A stretch of DNA of 32,738 nucleotides from Octopus bimaculoides (lineage: Eukaryota): the NCBI RefSeq assembly GCF_001194135.2, contig NC_068983.1, positions 88,040,544 to 88,073,281 of the forward strand, in the 5' to 3' direction. Numbering within the stretch: the stretch's first letter is position 1; every line of letters begins with the position of its first letter. Shown in pieces: positions 1-10,989 of the stretch. The notes under the pieces were generated by a model that ran no database searches, was not told where the DNA came from, and saw only the letters and a list, made by a program, of their open reading frames with translations. The position numbers and the translations under genes are program-made.

Positions 1-34
<34 letters not shown>

Positions 35-58
35 TGTATGTATATATGTATGTATATT
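1..58. repeat. (TA)n/(TATG)n microsatellite
   Basis: Read directly from the sequence. Confidence 0.95.
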
Positions 59-1159
59 GATATTTTTAAAAAAATCAAGATGCAGAAATGGCATACTCCG
101 AATGAATAAGGTAATGTAATCCGATGGTAGAACGAATTCCGCGAATTAAGTACTCCAAAGCCAGTCAGAAGGATAGGGTTCGACCGTGACTGATTTTCTA
201 TTTTTTCTACTTCTTCCACACCAGATGCCTAGCGTGCTGGTCAACTTTTACATCTCTCTTACTAATTCTGTTTTTATATCCATTTGACGATTTCTTCGAG
301 CTGTTAATCCATCATTCTCGTATCTGCCCGTAAGGCGTAATTTATTGTCTTTGTCTATCGTTTCAAATTACATTTGTTTACTTTCATACGTCCACCCTGT
401 ATTGTTTTGTTCGTTCGAGCCCTAATTTTACACAAATCGTGCGAGTGCCGCCGATATACAAAGTTTCCAGTCTTGTCGTTAAAAGCACGAAACTGGGTAT
501 TAGTATTTTTGGTCGATAACTGAGGAAGGATTAGGGTCCTTGTGTCTGTCTTACGTTTTGTAGTATTAATGCATTTTTCACATATATATACATATATATA
601 ATTATTACTATGAAGTTGCACAGCATTACCTTTAATTCTTTAATTTATATACCGCCTTACATAGACCAACACATGTTTCAAATGCACCGATTAGTAACCG
701 TTGCAATTGCAACCCTACTATAAAATCAGTGCAGTTTCTTCAGTATTTTTACTTGATATCCATCGATTTGGACGTTTAAAGATTTTCTTTTACCTACTCT
801 GCGTTGTATAATGTAGACCTGTCCATTAAATTAGACGCTAACAATCTCCATTTCAAATTTTTATTTAATCATTTTTAGTCCATTATTTCGAAATTTTCCA
901 TTGTTTAAATGATAATTATTCATTTATACTTGGCAAATGTGAATTTCCTCATATGCAAGCATCTCAATGCTTGTTCCTGTCTAGAATTTATTACATTTCC
1001 CTTGGACGTGAAAATCTGGTAAAATTCTTCTAAACATAAAATACGTATAGAAAAAATAACATCTGTATTATAGAATTCACCATAAAAATCTGACAACTGC
1101 TTCTATTGTACTAACTAACGTATTTAGATGCATAGATACAATTGAAGATAGAAGGGAAA

Positions 1160-1218
1160 ATTCGGAAAAACATGCTTAAATGATCAAACATTCCGAAAAA
1201 CATGCTTAAAAGATCAAA
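1160..1218. repeat. 30-bp tandem duplication (2 imperfect copies)
   Basis: ATTCGGAAAAACATGCTTAAATGATCAAAC followed by ATTCCGAAAAACATGCTTAAAAGATCAAA. Confidence 0.85.
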
Positions 1219-1794
1219 TTTTCATAACATTTCAGTATTCGATAAGTTTCACAGTGATAGACAATAATAGAAGTTCAAACGTTCGATGAATTTATTTAGA
1301 GTTGTACATTATTGAATGTTCAGTAACACTGAGGGACGTAAATAATTAAATATGATGACGTTTTTAATATTTTCTATTAACTTAATATTCTATTTTCAAA
1401 TGTTTTTATAACTTCTTAAGTACATTTCCAGTTTTATTATTATTGTTGTTGTTGATGTTGTTTCTGCTGTTTTGTTATTGCTGTTATTGATGAGTTTGTT
1501 ATTGCTATTGTTGTTGCTATTAAAAAAGTTAAATCATTTATTAAATAACAATAAAAAGAAAATACTAACGGGTTACTAAACAGATTATTTAATAAAGTAC
1601 TTTCAAATATTTACGTATTCGTTCTGCGCATTCGGGTTTTCCAAGTCCATTTTTGTATACTCCCAGATTGTTTTGTTTCATTATTGGTGCTGCAAATATA
1701 TTTGCTTAACACTAACGATCGCCAAGTTAATAGTTGTGTTAGATGTACTTTTTCAATTCAGTTGTAAACCGATATTTACATTACATATATATCA

Positions 1795-1928
1795 TACATA
1801 AATGTGTGTGTTTGTGCGTGTATGTGTGTGTATGTGTGCGCGCGCGTGTGTTTGTATGTAAGTATGTATATATGTATGTATGTATCTATATAATATACCT
1901 ATACAGATACATACACATACATACATAC

Positions 1929-1962
<34 letters not shown>
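1795..1962. repeat. Compound (GT)n/(TATG)n/(TA)n microsatellite
   Basis: Read directly; explains ORF 1743..1964. Confidence 0.95.
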
Positions 1963-1967
<5 letters not shown>

Positions 1968-2893
1968 TTACAAATTAAAAGGGTAAAGGTTTATCTGCTA
2001 TCTGTTGGAGTCTCAGCTTTTTTAGCTGCTATTTCTGAACTTCGGTATGTGGTGAAGCAAATGTTTGCTGATCCCTTAATTATGTTTATATANNNNNNNN
2101 NNNNNNNNNNNNNNNNNNNNNNNNNNNNNNNNNNNNNNNNNNNNNNNNNNNNNNNNNNNNNNNNNNNNNNNNNNNNNNNNNNNNNNNNNNNNNNNNNNNN
2201 NNNNNNNNNNNNNNNNNNNNNNNNNNNNNNNNNNNNNNNNNNNNNNNNNNNNNNNNNNNNNNNNNNNNNNNNNNNNNNNNNNNNNNNNNNNNNNNNNNNN
2301 NNNNNNNNNNNNNNNNNNNNNNNNNNNNNNNNNNNNNNNNNNNNNNNNNNNNNNNNNNNNNNNNNNNNNNNNNNNNNNNNNNNNNNNNNNNNNNNNNNNN
2401 NNNNNNNNNNNNNNNNNNNNNNNNNNNNNNNNNNNNNNNNNNNNNNNNNNNNNNNNNNNNNNNNNNNNNNNNNNNNNNNNNNNNNNNNNNNNNNNNNNNN
2501 NNNNNNNNNNNNNNNNNNNNNNNNNNNNNNNNNNNNNNNNNNNNNNNNNNNNNNNNNNNNNNNNNNNNNNNNNNNNNNNNNNNNNNNNNNNNNNNNNNNN
2601 NNNNNNNNNNNNNNNNNNNNNNNNNNNNNNNNNNNNNNNNNNNNNNNNNNNNNNNNNNNNNNNNNNNNNNNNNNNNNNNNNNNNNNNNNNNNNNNNNNNN
2701 NNNNNNNNNNNNNNNNNNNNNNNNNNNNNNNNNNNNNNNNNNNNNNNNNNNNNNNNNNNNNNNNNNNNNNNNNNNNNNNNNNNNNNNNNNNNNNNNNNNN
2801 NNNNNNNNNNNNNNNNNNNNNNNNNNNNNNNNNNNNNNNNNNNNNNNCACACATATATACATATGTATAAATATATATACGTATTTACATGTG

Positions 2894-2939
<46 letters not shown>

Positions 2940-3029
2940 TATATATATTGTACATATATTACTCATATTTGAGGTTCTGCAAGTATAAGTATATGCGCAA
3001 ATAAATGTGCATGTAAACACATACACGCA

Positions 3030-4620
3030 TTAGCGGACAAGAGAAATGCTGCAGTGGTGATGAACAAGTCTGACTACTCGGAAAAATTGGCAAGTTTTAT
3101 AAGTGATGGTAGCTAGCAAAGTACAGAAAGACTCAACTCTGAAAATTCATTGAATCCAACCAGATGGTGAGTCTACATGTGATAAGTCTGTTCACCAAAG
3201 TCTGGTGAAGTACAGACAGTTGACTCAATATTACAGTAAACTACCACACATGTCCGGTCTCCCTAAGATTCACAAGGATGGTATTCCATTAAGACCTATA
3301 GTGAGCTGTAGAGGTCAACATTGTGCGTTAAGAATTCTACCTACTTCACAGAATTGATCAAGGATACCCTCATTGAATCCAACCAGATGGTGAGTCTACA
3401 TGTGATAAGTCTGTTCACCAAAGTCTGGTGAAGCACTATCGGTGATTCAAGAAAAACTAGTGACAGACCCCATCTAAAAGAACGCACTAGTATACTAATA
3501 AGAAACTTGATGGAAATGTTGACCTTCTGTGTAGAAACTATTTACTTCAGTATGGACACTGATATATATCGACAAGAAGAGGGTTTAGTTATGAGTTCGC
3601 CATTATCACCGATAATAGCCAATATATACATGGAACACTTTAAGAATTTGGCTTTAGGATCAACACCACTAAAACCAACCCTATGGCTGCGATACGTTGA
3701 TGACACCTTTATTCTCTGGCCCTACCAGAAAGATGTCCAAGTGCTGTTAGATCATGTGAACTCAATAAAGCCATCTATACTGTTCATGATAGAAAAGGAA
3801 AAAGACAATCAGCTAGCATTCCTGGCGTATTAATAACATGCACCAAGTATGGATTCAGGACATCCGTATACCGAAAGCCGACCTTCACTGGACGATACCT
3901 TAACTTCAACTCCCACTATCCATACAGTGTAAAGAGAGGGATTGCTCAGTGCCTAAAACATCGAGCAAAGAATATAAGTTGCGATCGTGATACCCATCAC
4001 GAAGAAATGATCAAGCTCAGTAACAATCTATTAAGCAACAACTACCCCAAAAACATGCTGTCCACTCCAATTATGAAGAAAAGGAAGGATGAAACCAATA
4101 AACTGTCCACGGTCTGTCTACCCTATGTGAAAGGCCTCTCCGAAAAGATACAAAAGATATGCGGCCCATATGACATCAGGACAGTATTCAAGAGTAATAC
4201 AACACTTCGCAAATATCTCCTTCGAGTAAAACCACCAATAGAAGAGAATATGACCAAGAACTGCGTGTACTCCATCCCATGCAGCTGTGGTAAGTTATAC
4301 AAAGGCGAAACATGTCGCCCCCCACAAAACAAGGGTAGAGGAACACCGCAAAGCTGTGACACGAGGAGATATTGATAAATCGGGCATAGCTGATCATGTA
4401 TGGAAAAATGGAGCCCACCTCCCTCTGTGGGATGAAGTTAAAATAATAGACAGAGAACACCACTGGAAAATACGAAAACTAAAAGAAGCAGCACATATGC
4501 TAGGACACAGCAACCTCCTAAGCAGACCGTGTGCAGATATGAATAGGTATAGGAACCGGTATTAAGGAAGGATAGGAAAATATTAGATTCATAAGCCCTA
4601 AAATTCATTCCATAATTGCC
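3030..4620 (+). mobile_element. Penelope-like retroelement (Penelope/Poseidon type), 5'-truncated and degenerate: RT plus GIY-YIG endonuclease
   Basis: Motifs across several frames: ADKRNAAVVMNKSDY, GLPKIHKDGIPLRPIVS, GLVMSSPLSPIIANIYME, WLRYVDDTF (catalytic YVDD), VYRKPTFTGRYLNFNSH, LPYVKGLSEKI, VYSIPCSCGKLYKGET (GIY-YIG), RVEEHRKA, RKLKEAAHM. Stops and frameshifts lie between ORFs 3507, 4007 and 4287. Confidence 0.95.
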
Positions 4621-4630
4621 CACGGGTATA

Positions 4631-4677
4631 CGGCGTAGTGGTTAAGAGCGTGGGCTACGAACACCGAGTTCGATTCC
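4631..4677 (+). promoter_or_regulatory. tRNA-derived internal Pol III promoter (A box and B box)
   Basis: A-box-like CGGCGTAGTGG at 4631-4641 followed by TTAAG; B-box-like AGTTCGATTCC at 4667-4677. The spacing is shorter than in a tRNA. Confidence 0.7.
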
Positions 4678-4686
4678 AGACAGTGA

Positions 4687-4690
<4 letters not shown>

Positions 4691-4737
<47 letters not shown>

Positions 4738-4744
4738 CAACAAC
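4691..4744 (+). repeat. (AAT)14(AAC)4 microsatellite
   Basis: Counted directly. Confidence 0.95.
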
Positions 4745-4793
4745 ATCAAAAAATACCTTAGGAATGAGAACTCAGGTTCGAAATTTCCCCCAA

Positions 4794-4839
4794 GACACCT
4801 GATGAAGGCTGGAAGGTATATCAGCCAAAACGTTGTGTT
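4794..4839 (+). ncRNA. Minimal type I hammerhead ribozyme motif; this copy has G12>A and is probably inactive
   Basis: Stem I GACAC/GUGUU; core CUGAUGA at 4799-4805; stem II GGCUG/CAGCC; then AAAAC instead of GAAAC; palindromic AACGUU helix III with a GUU cleavage triplet. Minimal hammerheads are known in PLE terminal repeats. Confidence 0.75.
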
Positions 4840-5874
4840 AACAAGAAAAAAGATGAGGATAAATATCCGTCAAATGTAAATAATGTAAATAATGTACATA
4901 CTTCCTCATCTCTTAACTATAAAACTGTATTTGTAATTTTTATATAATATACTCCTACTGGGAGACATACATGTATAAATATATGATATACGACTACCAT
5001 GCATGTAAATACAGACGATATCATTATATCATATTTGTACATATATCTATCCCGTATTGGCAGCAATTGACAAGGGTAGTTTATATTACAACTACCAATG
5101 AACAGTTTACTGCACTTGAGGTGTGTATACGTGTAAGTAGAAATATACGAATCGCTGCGTATGTGTGTATGCATAATTTGCACATATGTATATATAGTTC
5201 ATTGTGGGTGCAGTTTTGCAATAAATATGCGTACGTATAAAATTATAGGCATATAACATAAAGCACATCTACACTCAAACACACACATAGACACACACAC
5301 ACACACGAACACACACGCACATACGCCACGCACACGTACACATGCACACTCACACGTTTGTACAAGCAAGTTTCTTGGCCACTAAACTTGATTGGTTTAT
5401 GTATGTGTCTAAATATATATATGTGTATATACTTACATGCATTATTTTATACATTTACTTATATATACATGTGTATGTGTGTGTTTATAAGCATATGTTA
5501 TGAGAGGAGAAAGAGAAAAGAGAAGTGTAAATGCCTGTTCATTGAGATAAATCCAATATGGCCAACTAAATATGAGGATTTGGGGTCCATTATATCGTTT
5601 CAGATATCATTGGGTATCACACGCTATATGATTCTAATATCAGGCCACTAGCATGATATCAAATTTACAGCATCCTCATCAAGTAGAGCATCTGTAATTG
5701 CTGTATTGTAAAATATCCTTTTCTATGTCTGTTTGTCCCTCTCTTTCTCTCTTTTTCCTTCCCCGTACTCTCTTTTCCCCCTCTCTTTCTCTCTCTCACC
5801 CTTTCTCTTTCTCCCCCTCTCTCTCCCTTTCCTTCTCTTGTATAGTCTTCTGATAGCTTATGAATATATACCTA

Positions 5875-5908
<34 letters not shown>

Positions 5909-6419
5909 GCGTACATGTGTCTTGTGTATGTGTTTGCGTGTGTTCGTGTGTCTGTATCTGTGTAACTTATGCCGATGTAAACTACAGAAGCAAGAAGAAT
6001 TGACCACAAATATATCATATAAAGACAATAAAGAATATTTACCACAAGTTGTGGAACATCTGGATGTTTCCGTGACTCTTTGCATCGTCAGCCGTTGTTT
6101 TATTAAACATGTTACCTATTTAACGACAAAATATAGTAGTTGCTGCTAAGGAGCGGATGGTATTATATATCGGGTGAGGTACGAAGCAGTCACTATATAT
6201 AGATATTACTTTCAATGACTGAAAAATTCGCTTAGATGAACTTTAAAATATACTGTGGGGGTTCATTGTGTCTATTTACTACGCACGCGTACGAATGCAC
6301 ACACACATGCACATATACTCACATGCCCATACACTCACCCGTACATACACTCGCATGCACATACATTCACACACACACATGTAAGTAATGAACAAGAAAG
6401 TGAGTGCTCAACACTACAT

Positions 6420-6567
6420 AAGTAGTTTGCTTAGCAACCACATGGTTCTGGGTTCAGTCCCACTGCGTGGCACCTTGGGCAAGTGTCTTCTACTATAGCC
6501 TCGGGCCGACCAAAGCCTTGTGAGTGGATTTGGTGAACGGAAACTGAAAGAAGACCGTCGTATATAT
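6420..6567 (+). mobile_element. tRNA-derived SINE, family A, 5' part; runs into its internal (TA)n and then the gap
   Basis: B-box-like GGTTCAGTCCC, CORE-like CCTTGGGCAAGTGTCTT, then GGAAACTGAAAGAAG. Clearly homologous to reverse copies at 10741-10860 and 19101-19226. Confidence 0.85.
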
Positions 6568-7490
6568 NNNNNNNNNNNNNNNNNNNNNNNNNNNNNNNNN
6601 NNNNNNNNNNNNNNNNNNNNNNNNNNNNNNNNNNNNNNNNNNNNNNNNNNNNNNNNNNNNNNNNNNNNNNNNNNNNNNNNNNNNNNNNNNNNNNNNNNNN
6701 NNNNNNNNNNNNNNNNNNNNNNNNNNNNNNNNNNNNNNNNNNNNNNNNNNNNNNNNNNNNNNNNNNNNNNNNNNNNNNNNNNNNNNNNNNNNNNNNNNNN
6801 NNNNNNNNNNNNNNNNNNNNNNNNNNNNNNNNNNNNNNNNNNNNNNNNNNNNNNNNNNNNNNNNNNNNNNNNNNNNNNNNNNNNNNNNNNNNNNNNNNNN
6901 NNNNNNNNNNNNNNNNNNNNNNNNNNNNNNNNNNNNNNNNNNNNNNNNNNNNNNNNNNNNNNNNNNNNNNNNNNNNNNNNNNNNNNNNNNNNNNNNNNNN
7001 NNNNNNNNNNNNNNNNNNNNNNNNNNNNNNNNNNNNNNNNNNNNNNNNNNNNNNNNNNNNNNNNNNNNNNNNNNNNNNNNNNNNNNNNNNNNNNNNNNNN
7101 NNNNNNNNNNNNNNNNNNNNNNNNNNNNNNNNNNNNNNNNNNNNNNNNNNNNNNNNNNNNNNNNNNNNNNNNNNNNNNNNNNNNNNNNNNNNNNNNNNNN
7201 NNNNNNNNNNNNNNNNNNNNNNNNNNNNNNNNNNNNNNNNNNNNNNNNNNNNNNNNNNNNNNNNNNNNNNNNNNNNNNNNNNNNNNNNNNNNNNNNNNNN
7301 NNNNNNNNNNNNNNNNNNNNNNNNNNNNNNNNNNNNNNNNNNNNNNNNNNNNNNNNNNNNNNNNNNNNNNNNNNNNNNNNNNNNNNNNNNNNNNNNNNNN
7401 NNNNNNNNNNNNNNNNNNNNNNNNNNNNNNNNNNNNNNNNNNNNNNNNNNNNNNNNNNNNNNNNNNNNNNNNNNNNNNNNNNNNNNNNNN

Positions 7491-8295
7491 GTTATTGTGC
7501 CTGACGTCACATCTATGCACATTAAATTTTTTGTTTAACTGTTCTGTTGTACAACCAACATAAATCAAATTGTGTTTCGTACATTCTGTCGCGTACACCA
7601 AATGGGAATTTCTACATATGCCACCTTCTGTATAAATCATAACATTTCTGTTATGATTTCTGATGGAATTCACTTGACTCATGTTGTTGCACAATGAACA
7701 GGGCTTACCACTCTTGCGGTTGTTTTTCAAGGTGCGACGTGCAGATACTCCAATGTTCGTTATCTTGGAGTCAAAAGGCTACAATAGGAGGCTGAGCAAA
7801 TATCTGTTTGAAACGAGGATATTTTTTCGCCACATGCTGGTAACTTTTATGCAATACTTTTGAAATGCCAGCGTAATTTCGGTGCCAGTTAATCACTAAA
7901 GGAATTTTGACATCTATTGTATTGTGTTTGCTAAAATTATGCGTGAAGGTTTGACCGTCTTTGGTAATGTTAGCTATTTCATTTGCTATTTCCTTTAACC
8001 GTGATTCACTGTAACCGCGTTTGACATAATGATGTACAAAAGCATTTGCATGTTTCCAGTAATCCACTATGTCAGTACAAAGTCGTTTTATCCTAAAAAA
8101 TTGGGATTTCGGATTTGACCGAATAATATGATTTGGATGATCGGAGTGACGGTGGAGATAAATATGGGATGACGTGGGCTTGCAGAATAACTATGTCACT
8201 ATTCTGCCACCAGAAAACTTAACTTTTGTGTCCAAAAATTCAACGCTAGTTTTCGAAAAGCTAGACGTAAATTTTATGTTTGACTTGTATCGATT
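7491..8295 (-). mobile_element. Penelope-like retroelement fragment (Neptune type): RT C-terminal part, CxxC linker and GIY-YIG
   Basis: Minus-strand translation gives NIKFTSSFSKTSVEFLDTKV, KPTSSHIYLHRHSDHP, VKRGYS, IPLVINWH, IFAQPPIVAF, KPCSLC, HLVYATECTKHNLIYVGCT, KKFNVHR. YxDD is absent because of the 5' truncation. Confidence 0.9.
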
Positions 8296-10128
8296 ACTTG
8301 TTGAAATATGGAAGGAACCACTTTTACACCGAAGGGAAATTGCTTAAATTTAAATAAGCCACGGTGTGTATTTATGGTTAATAAGTTTGAACATTCTTCT
8401 TCTACTTAGGTGTGTAAGTATACCGCCGAGAGGTCTAATTTTGAGAGGAATTTCCCTCCATTCAATTTTGCGAACACTTCCTCTGGACTCGGAAATGGGT
8501 AACTATGTGAACTTAAGCAATCATTTAAACCCGTTGAAAAATCAACTCGTAACTTATTTTTCTTTATTACGTAGACTGTAGATGCTGCCCAATCTGAGTG
8601 GTCCGTCTTCTCGATTATTTCTAGGCTTTCAAGTTCCTTATTTACCTGTTCTAGCGCCGCGAACGGTGCATTACGTTTTGACTTAAATACAAGTGTTGCA
8701 CTTTGTTTTTCTACAACTTTTGCCCTCGTTTTCGTGCAGCAGCCCAATTCATCCGAGAAAACATCTGGGAATAAATGCTTTATTTTTCGTTTCAATCCCT
8801 CAACCACAGTCGAACCTTCGACTGAACCGACTATATTACCACACAAAACACTTATGGGCGTATTCCACATTTTGAACAGCTCCATCCACTCTGTGCCGAA
8901 TAAATTTATTGAATTTTTTAACACACATACCTTTTCCCTTTTCATTTGGTCACGAAATGTTATATTACACACAGATTCACCTACAAAAACCAATATTTTA
9001 TCCGTAACACCGTGTGCTACAGTCCTAGATTCTCTTAATTTTGGCTCACCGATATACTTCCAAGTTTCTTCATCCACAATGGTAATATCACCTCCAGTAT
9101 CTAACTGCATTTTTACTCTTATATTTTTCAATTTTCACGTTTACGAATTTCCTCTTTGACACATTTCTTTCGATGGCATTTTATTTATTCTTTTTTCTTT
9201 GTCCCAACGTTTTGTCATCTTGGTTTTACAGTGCGCTTTTACGTGTCCAATTTTTCCACAAAAGAAATATTCTACTTTCTTAAATGGGCAGTTTTTGCTC
9301 AGGTGTAGACCTCCACAAGCAAAATATGGGTTTGCTTCCTGACATTTGTCCTGTTTGTACTGTATTTTAGTATACACTTGATTTCTATTCTGCCTGTTTA
9401 GCACTTATTTCACTTAGGAGCAATTTTTATGTTCAATTTTTCTCTGTGTCGTATTTTAGATTTACTATTCTTTCACACTATTTTGACACTTGTGAGATTA
9501 CAGTTTGGTTTTGCTCCAGCTTAGCGAGAATTCTTATTCTTACTTCTGCATCTTTTTCTGCTATAGTCCCTGAACATGTCTGGCGTTAACTCATCCAGTT
9601 TCAACTTTTCACATCCTCTGTTTACTCTACCAGTATATATGATGTAGTTCTTTTCTAAGTTCAACCATTTCCAGCGTGTATTGAACAACGAGCTTTTCTC
9701 GCTAAAAATTTCACACAATATGTCTATTGTGTTTTTAAAGTTTATGTCAGGATGTTTTCCCAGGAAGTACGTAATTGCTGCAATGCTCATGTTCTCCTGC
9801 TGCCAGTTTTCTTAGGATTAGACGCGTTTTCATATCGTCGTCCCAGTCTTTGCACTCTTTATTGGAGGTCTGTTCGTATCTTCTATAGTACACCTCGAAG
9901 GTAACTCCTTCGTCTGGTTCATACTTAAATTCCGTTATTGAGTTTGCAACATAATCTGGCGAGAAAAATCTTTTCAGCATTTTTGGACGACTTATTATTC
10001 GTTAATTGCAAACTGGCCAACAATTCTCCCATAATTGTACGATTTTGTACACTGTAAATTCGCACAAAAAACTTTTGTGAGTTTCGTAACTCCTTGTGAG
10101 TTAGTTTAATCCTCGTGATTTTGTTAAT

Positions 10129-10140
10129 TCCTCGTCGCCA
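10129..10140 (-). promoter_or_regulatory. Primer binding site TGGCGACGAGGA, complementary to the 3' end of tRNA-Ser(GCU)
   Basis: Reverse complement of TCCTCGTCGCCA, 1 nt after the LTR ...ACA end. The tRNA assignment is from recalled metazoan tRNA-Ser(GCU) 3' ends. Confidence 0.8.
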
Positions 10141-10141
10141 T

Positions 10142-10346
10142 TGTTGTAATCCAACGTCGTGCTGTTATAATGTCAACTCTGGTACAGTAGTATAGTTATT
10201 CAGACAAATAAAGAATAACTGTCTATGACCTACTTCGCCGACTTCTCGATCCCTCGACTTCCTACGTCACAGTATTTGTAACGACTAGCGCATGCTACTC
10301 GTCAAGTGGGAGGGTGTGTTCCATTAATATCATTATCCCTATAACA
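10142..10346 (-). repeat. 5' LTR of the Gypsy element (~205 bp)
   Basis: Minus strand starts TGTTATA and ends TTACAACA, giving TG...CA termini with an imperfect terminal inverted repeat next to the PBS. There is no second LTR to confirm the outer boundary. Confidence 0.65.
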
Positions 10347-10740
10347 GTATTAGTAGTGCCTTTGTCACTAATATATATTTTTTAACAAGCTCACTTGCTA
10401 ATCGCGACACCACTGCCTGTTCAAGCATTGATTTTCTATGTATAGCTGACGGAGAGATGAATCGCTGTTATCTTTAACAGTCAAGCGACCATTACTAATG
10501 AGACCAAGAAAGGTCAAAATCACATGATCTGGTGGTCTCGACGCTGGAGCTGGTGGAGATTTATTTCGCTGCTAGCAAAATAAACAAGCGTGAATTTTGC
10601 CCCAGAAGCCTACATGAGTGCTTCTCTCATGGTATCTACTGCAGTAAAGTCTGTTCTGATACATCCACGTTTAAATGGAAATAAATATTACCTCTCGGTA
10701 ATAATACTGCCTCTTTTGTGAATATATATATATATATATA

Positions 10741-10860
10741 CAACGAGCTTCTTTCAGTTTCCGTCTACCAAACCCATTCACAAGGCTTTGGTCGGCCCGT
10801 GTCTATAGTAGAAGACACTTGTCACGCAGTAGGACTGGAACTTGAACCACGTCGTTGGGT
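10741..10860 (-). mobile_element. SINE family A, 5' part, diverged with an internal deletion; abuts (TA)n at 10722-10740
   Basis: CTTCTTTCAGTTTCCGTCTACCAAA...GGTCGGCCCG...AGTAGAAGACAC matches the reverse complement of 6420-6567. Confidence 0.85.
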
Positions 10861-10861
10861 T

Positions 10862-10980
10862 GCAGTGTCGAACTCTTTCCTTCACCAAAAGCCAATCACA
10901 AGAAATTGGCCATTGAAAAGGTGATTACATTGGCGGTGCTCCAGCATGACCACAGCCTTTGGGCTAAAACATTAAAAAAA
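10862..10980 (+). mobile_element. Short 5'-truncated copy of the CR1/L2-group LINE 3' end, in opposite orientation to the adjacent copy
   Basis: 98/109 identical to the reverse complement of 11009-11117; ends in an A-rich tail. Confidence 0.85.
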
Positions 10981-10989
10981 TATGTATAT

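Larger units (their letters stand above)
8287..10346 (-). mobile_element. Ty3/Gypsy LTR retrotransposon (Mag/K02A2.6-like), 5' half: LTR, PBS, gag, protease and the first half of RT
   Basis: Gag-like ORFs 9747-9980 and 9521-9790; two zinc-knuckle-like motifs (FACGGLHLSKNC, FFCGKIGHVKAHC); protease LDTG; RT motifs FSKLDLSA-like and TINTHRGLFKFKQFPFGVKVVPSIFQQVIDT. Many stops and frameshifts; no YxDD, RNase H, integrase or 3' LTR. Confidence 0.95.

Noticed and set aside
355-621. 88-aa minus-strand ORF
   Set aside because: It starts in a (TA)n-rich stretch, has no recognisable motif, and its length is expected by chance.
1981-2092. Hydrophobic + strand frame VYLLSVGVSAFLAAISELR with a GTATGT donor
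   Set aside because: There is no credible acceptor, and the minus strand is equally open, so neither can be supported.
4631-4700. Possible tRNA gene
   Set aside because: The A-B spacing is too short, there is no complete cloverleaf or T-run terminator, and it runs into (AAT)n. It is a tRNA-derived head only.
6414-7730. 438-aa ORF as a single gene
   Set aside because: It joins a PLE GIY-YIG piece to an antisense SINE across a 923-N gap.
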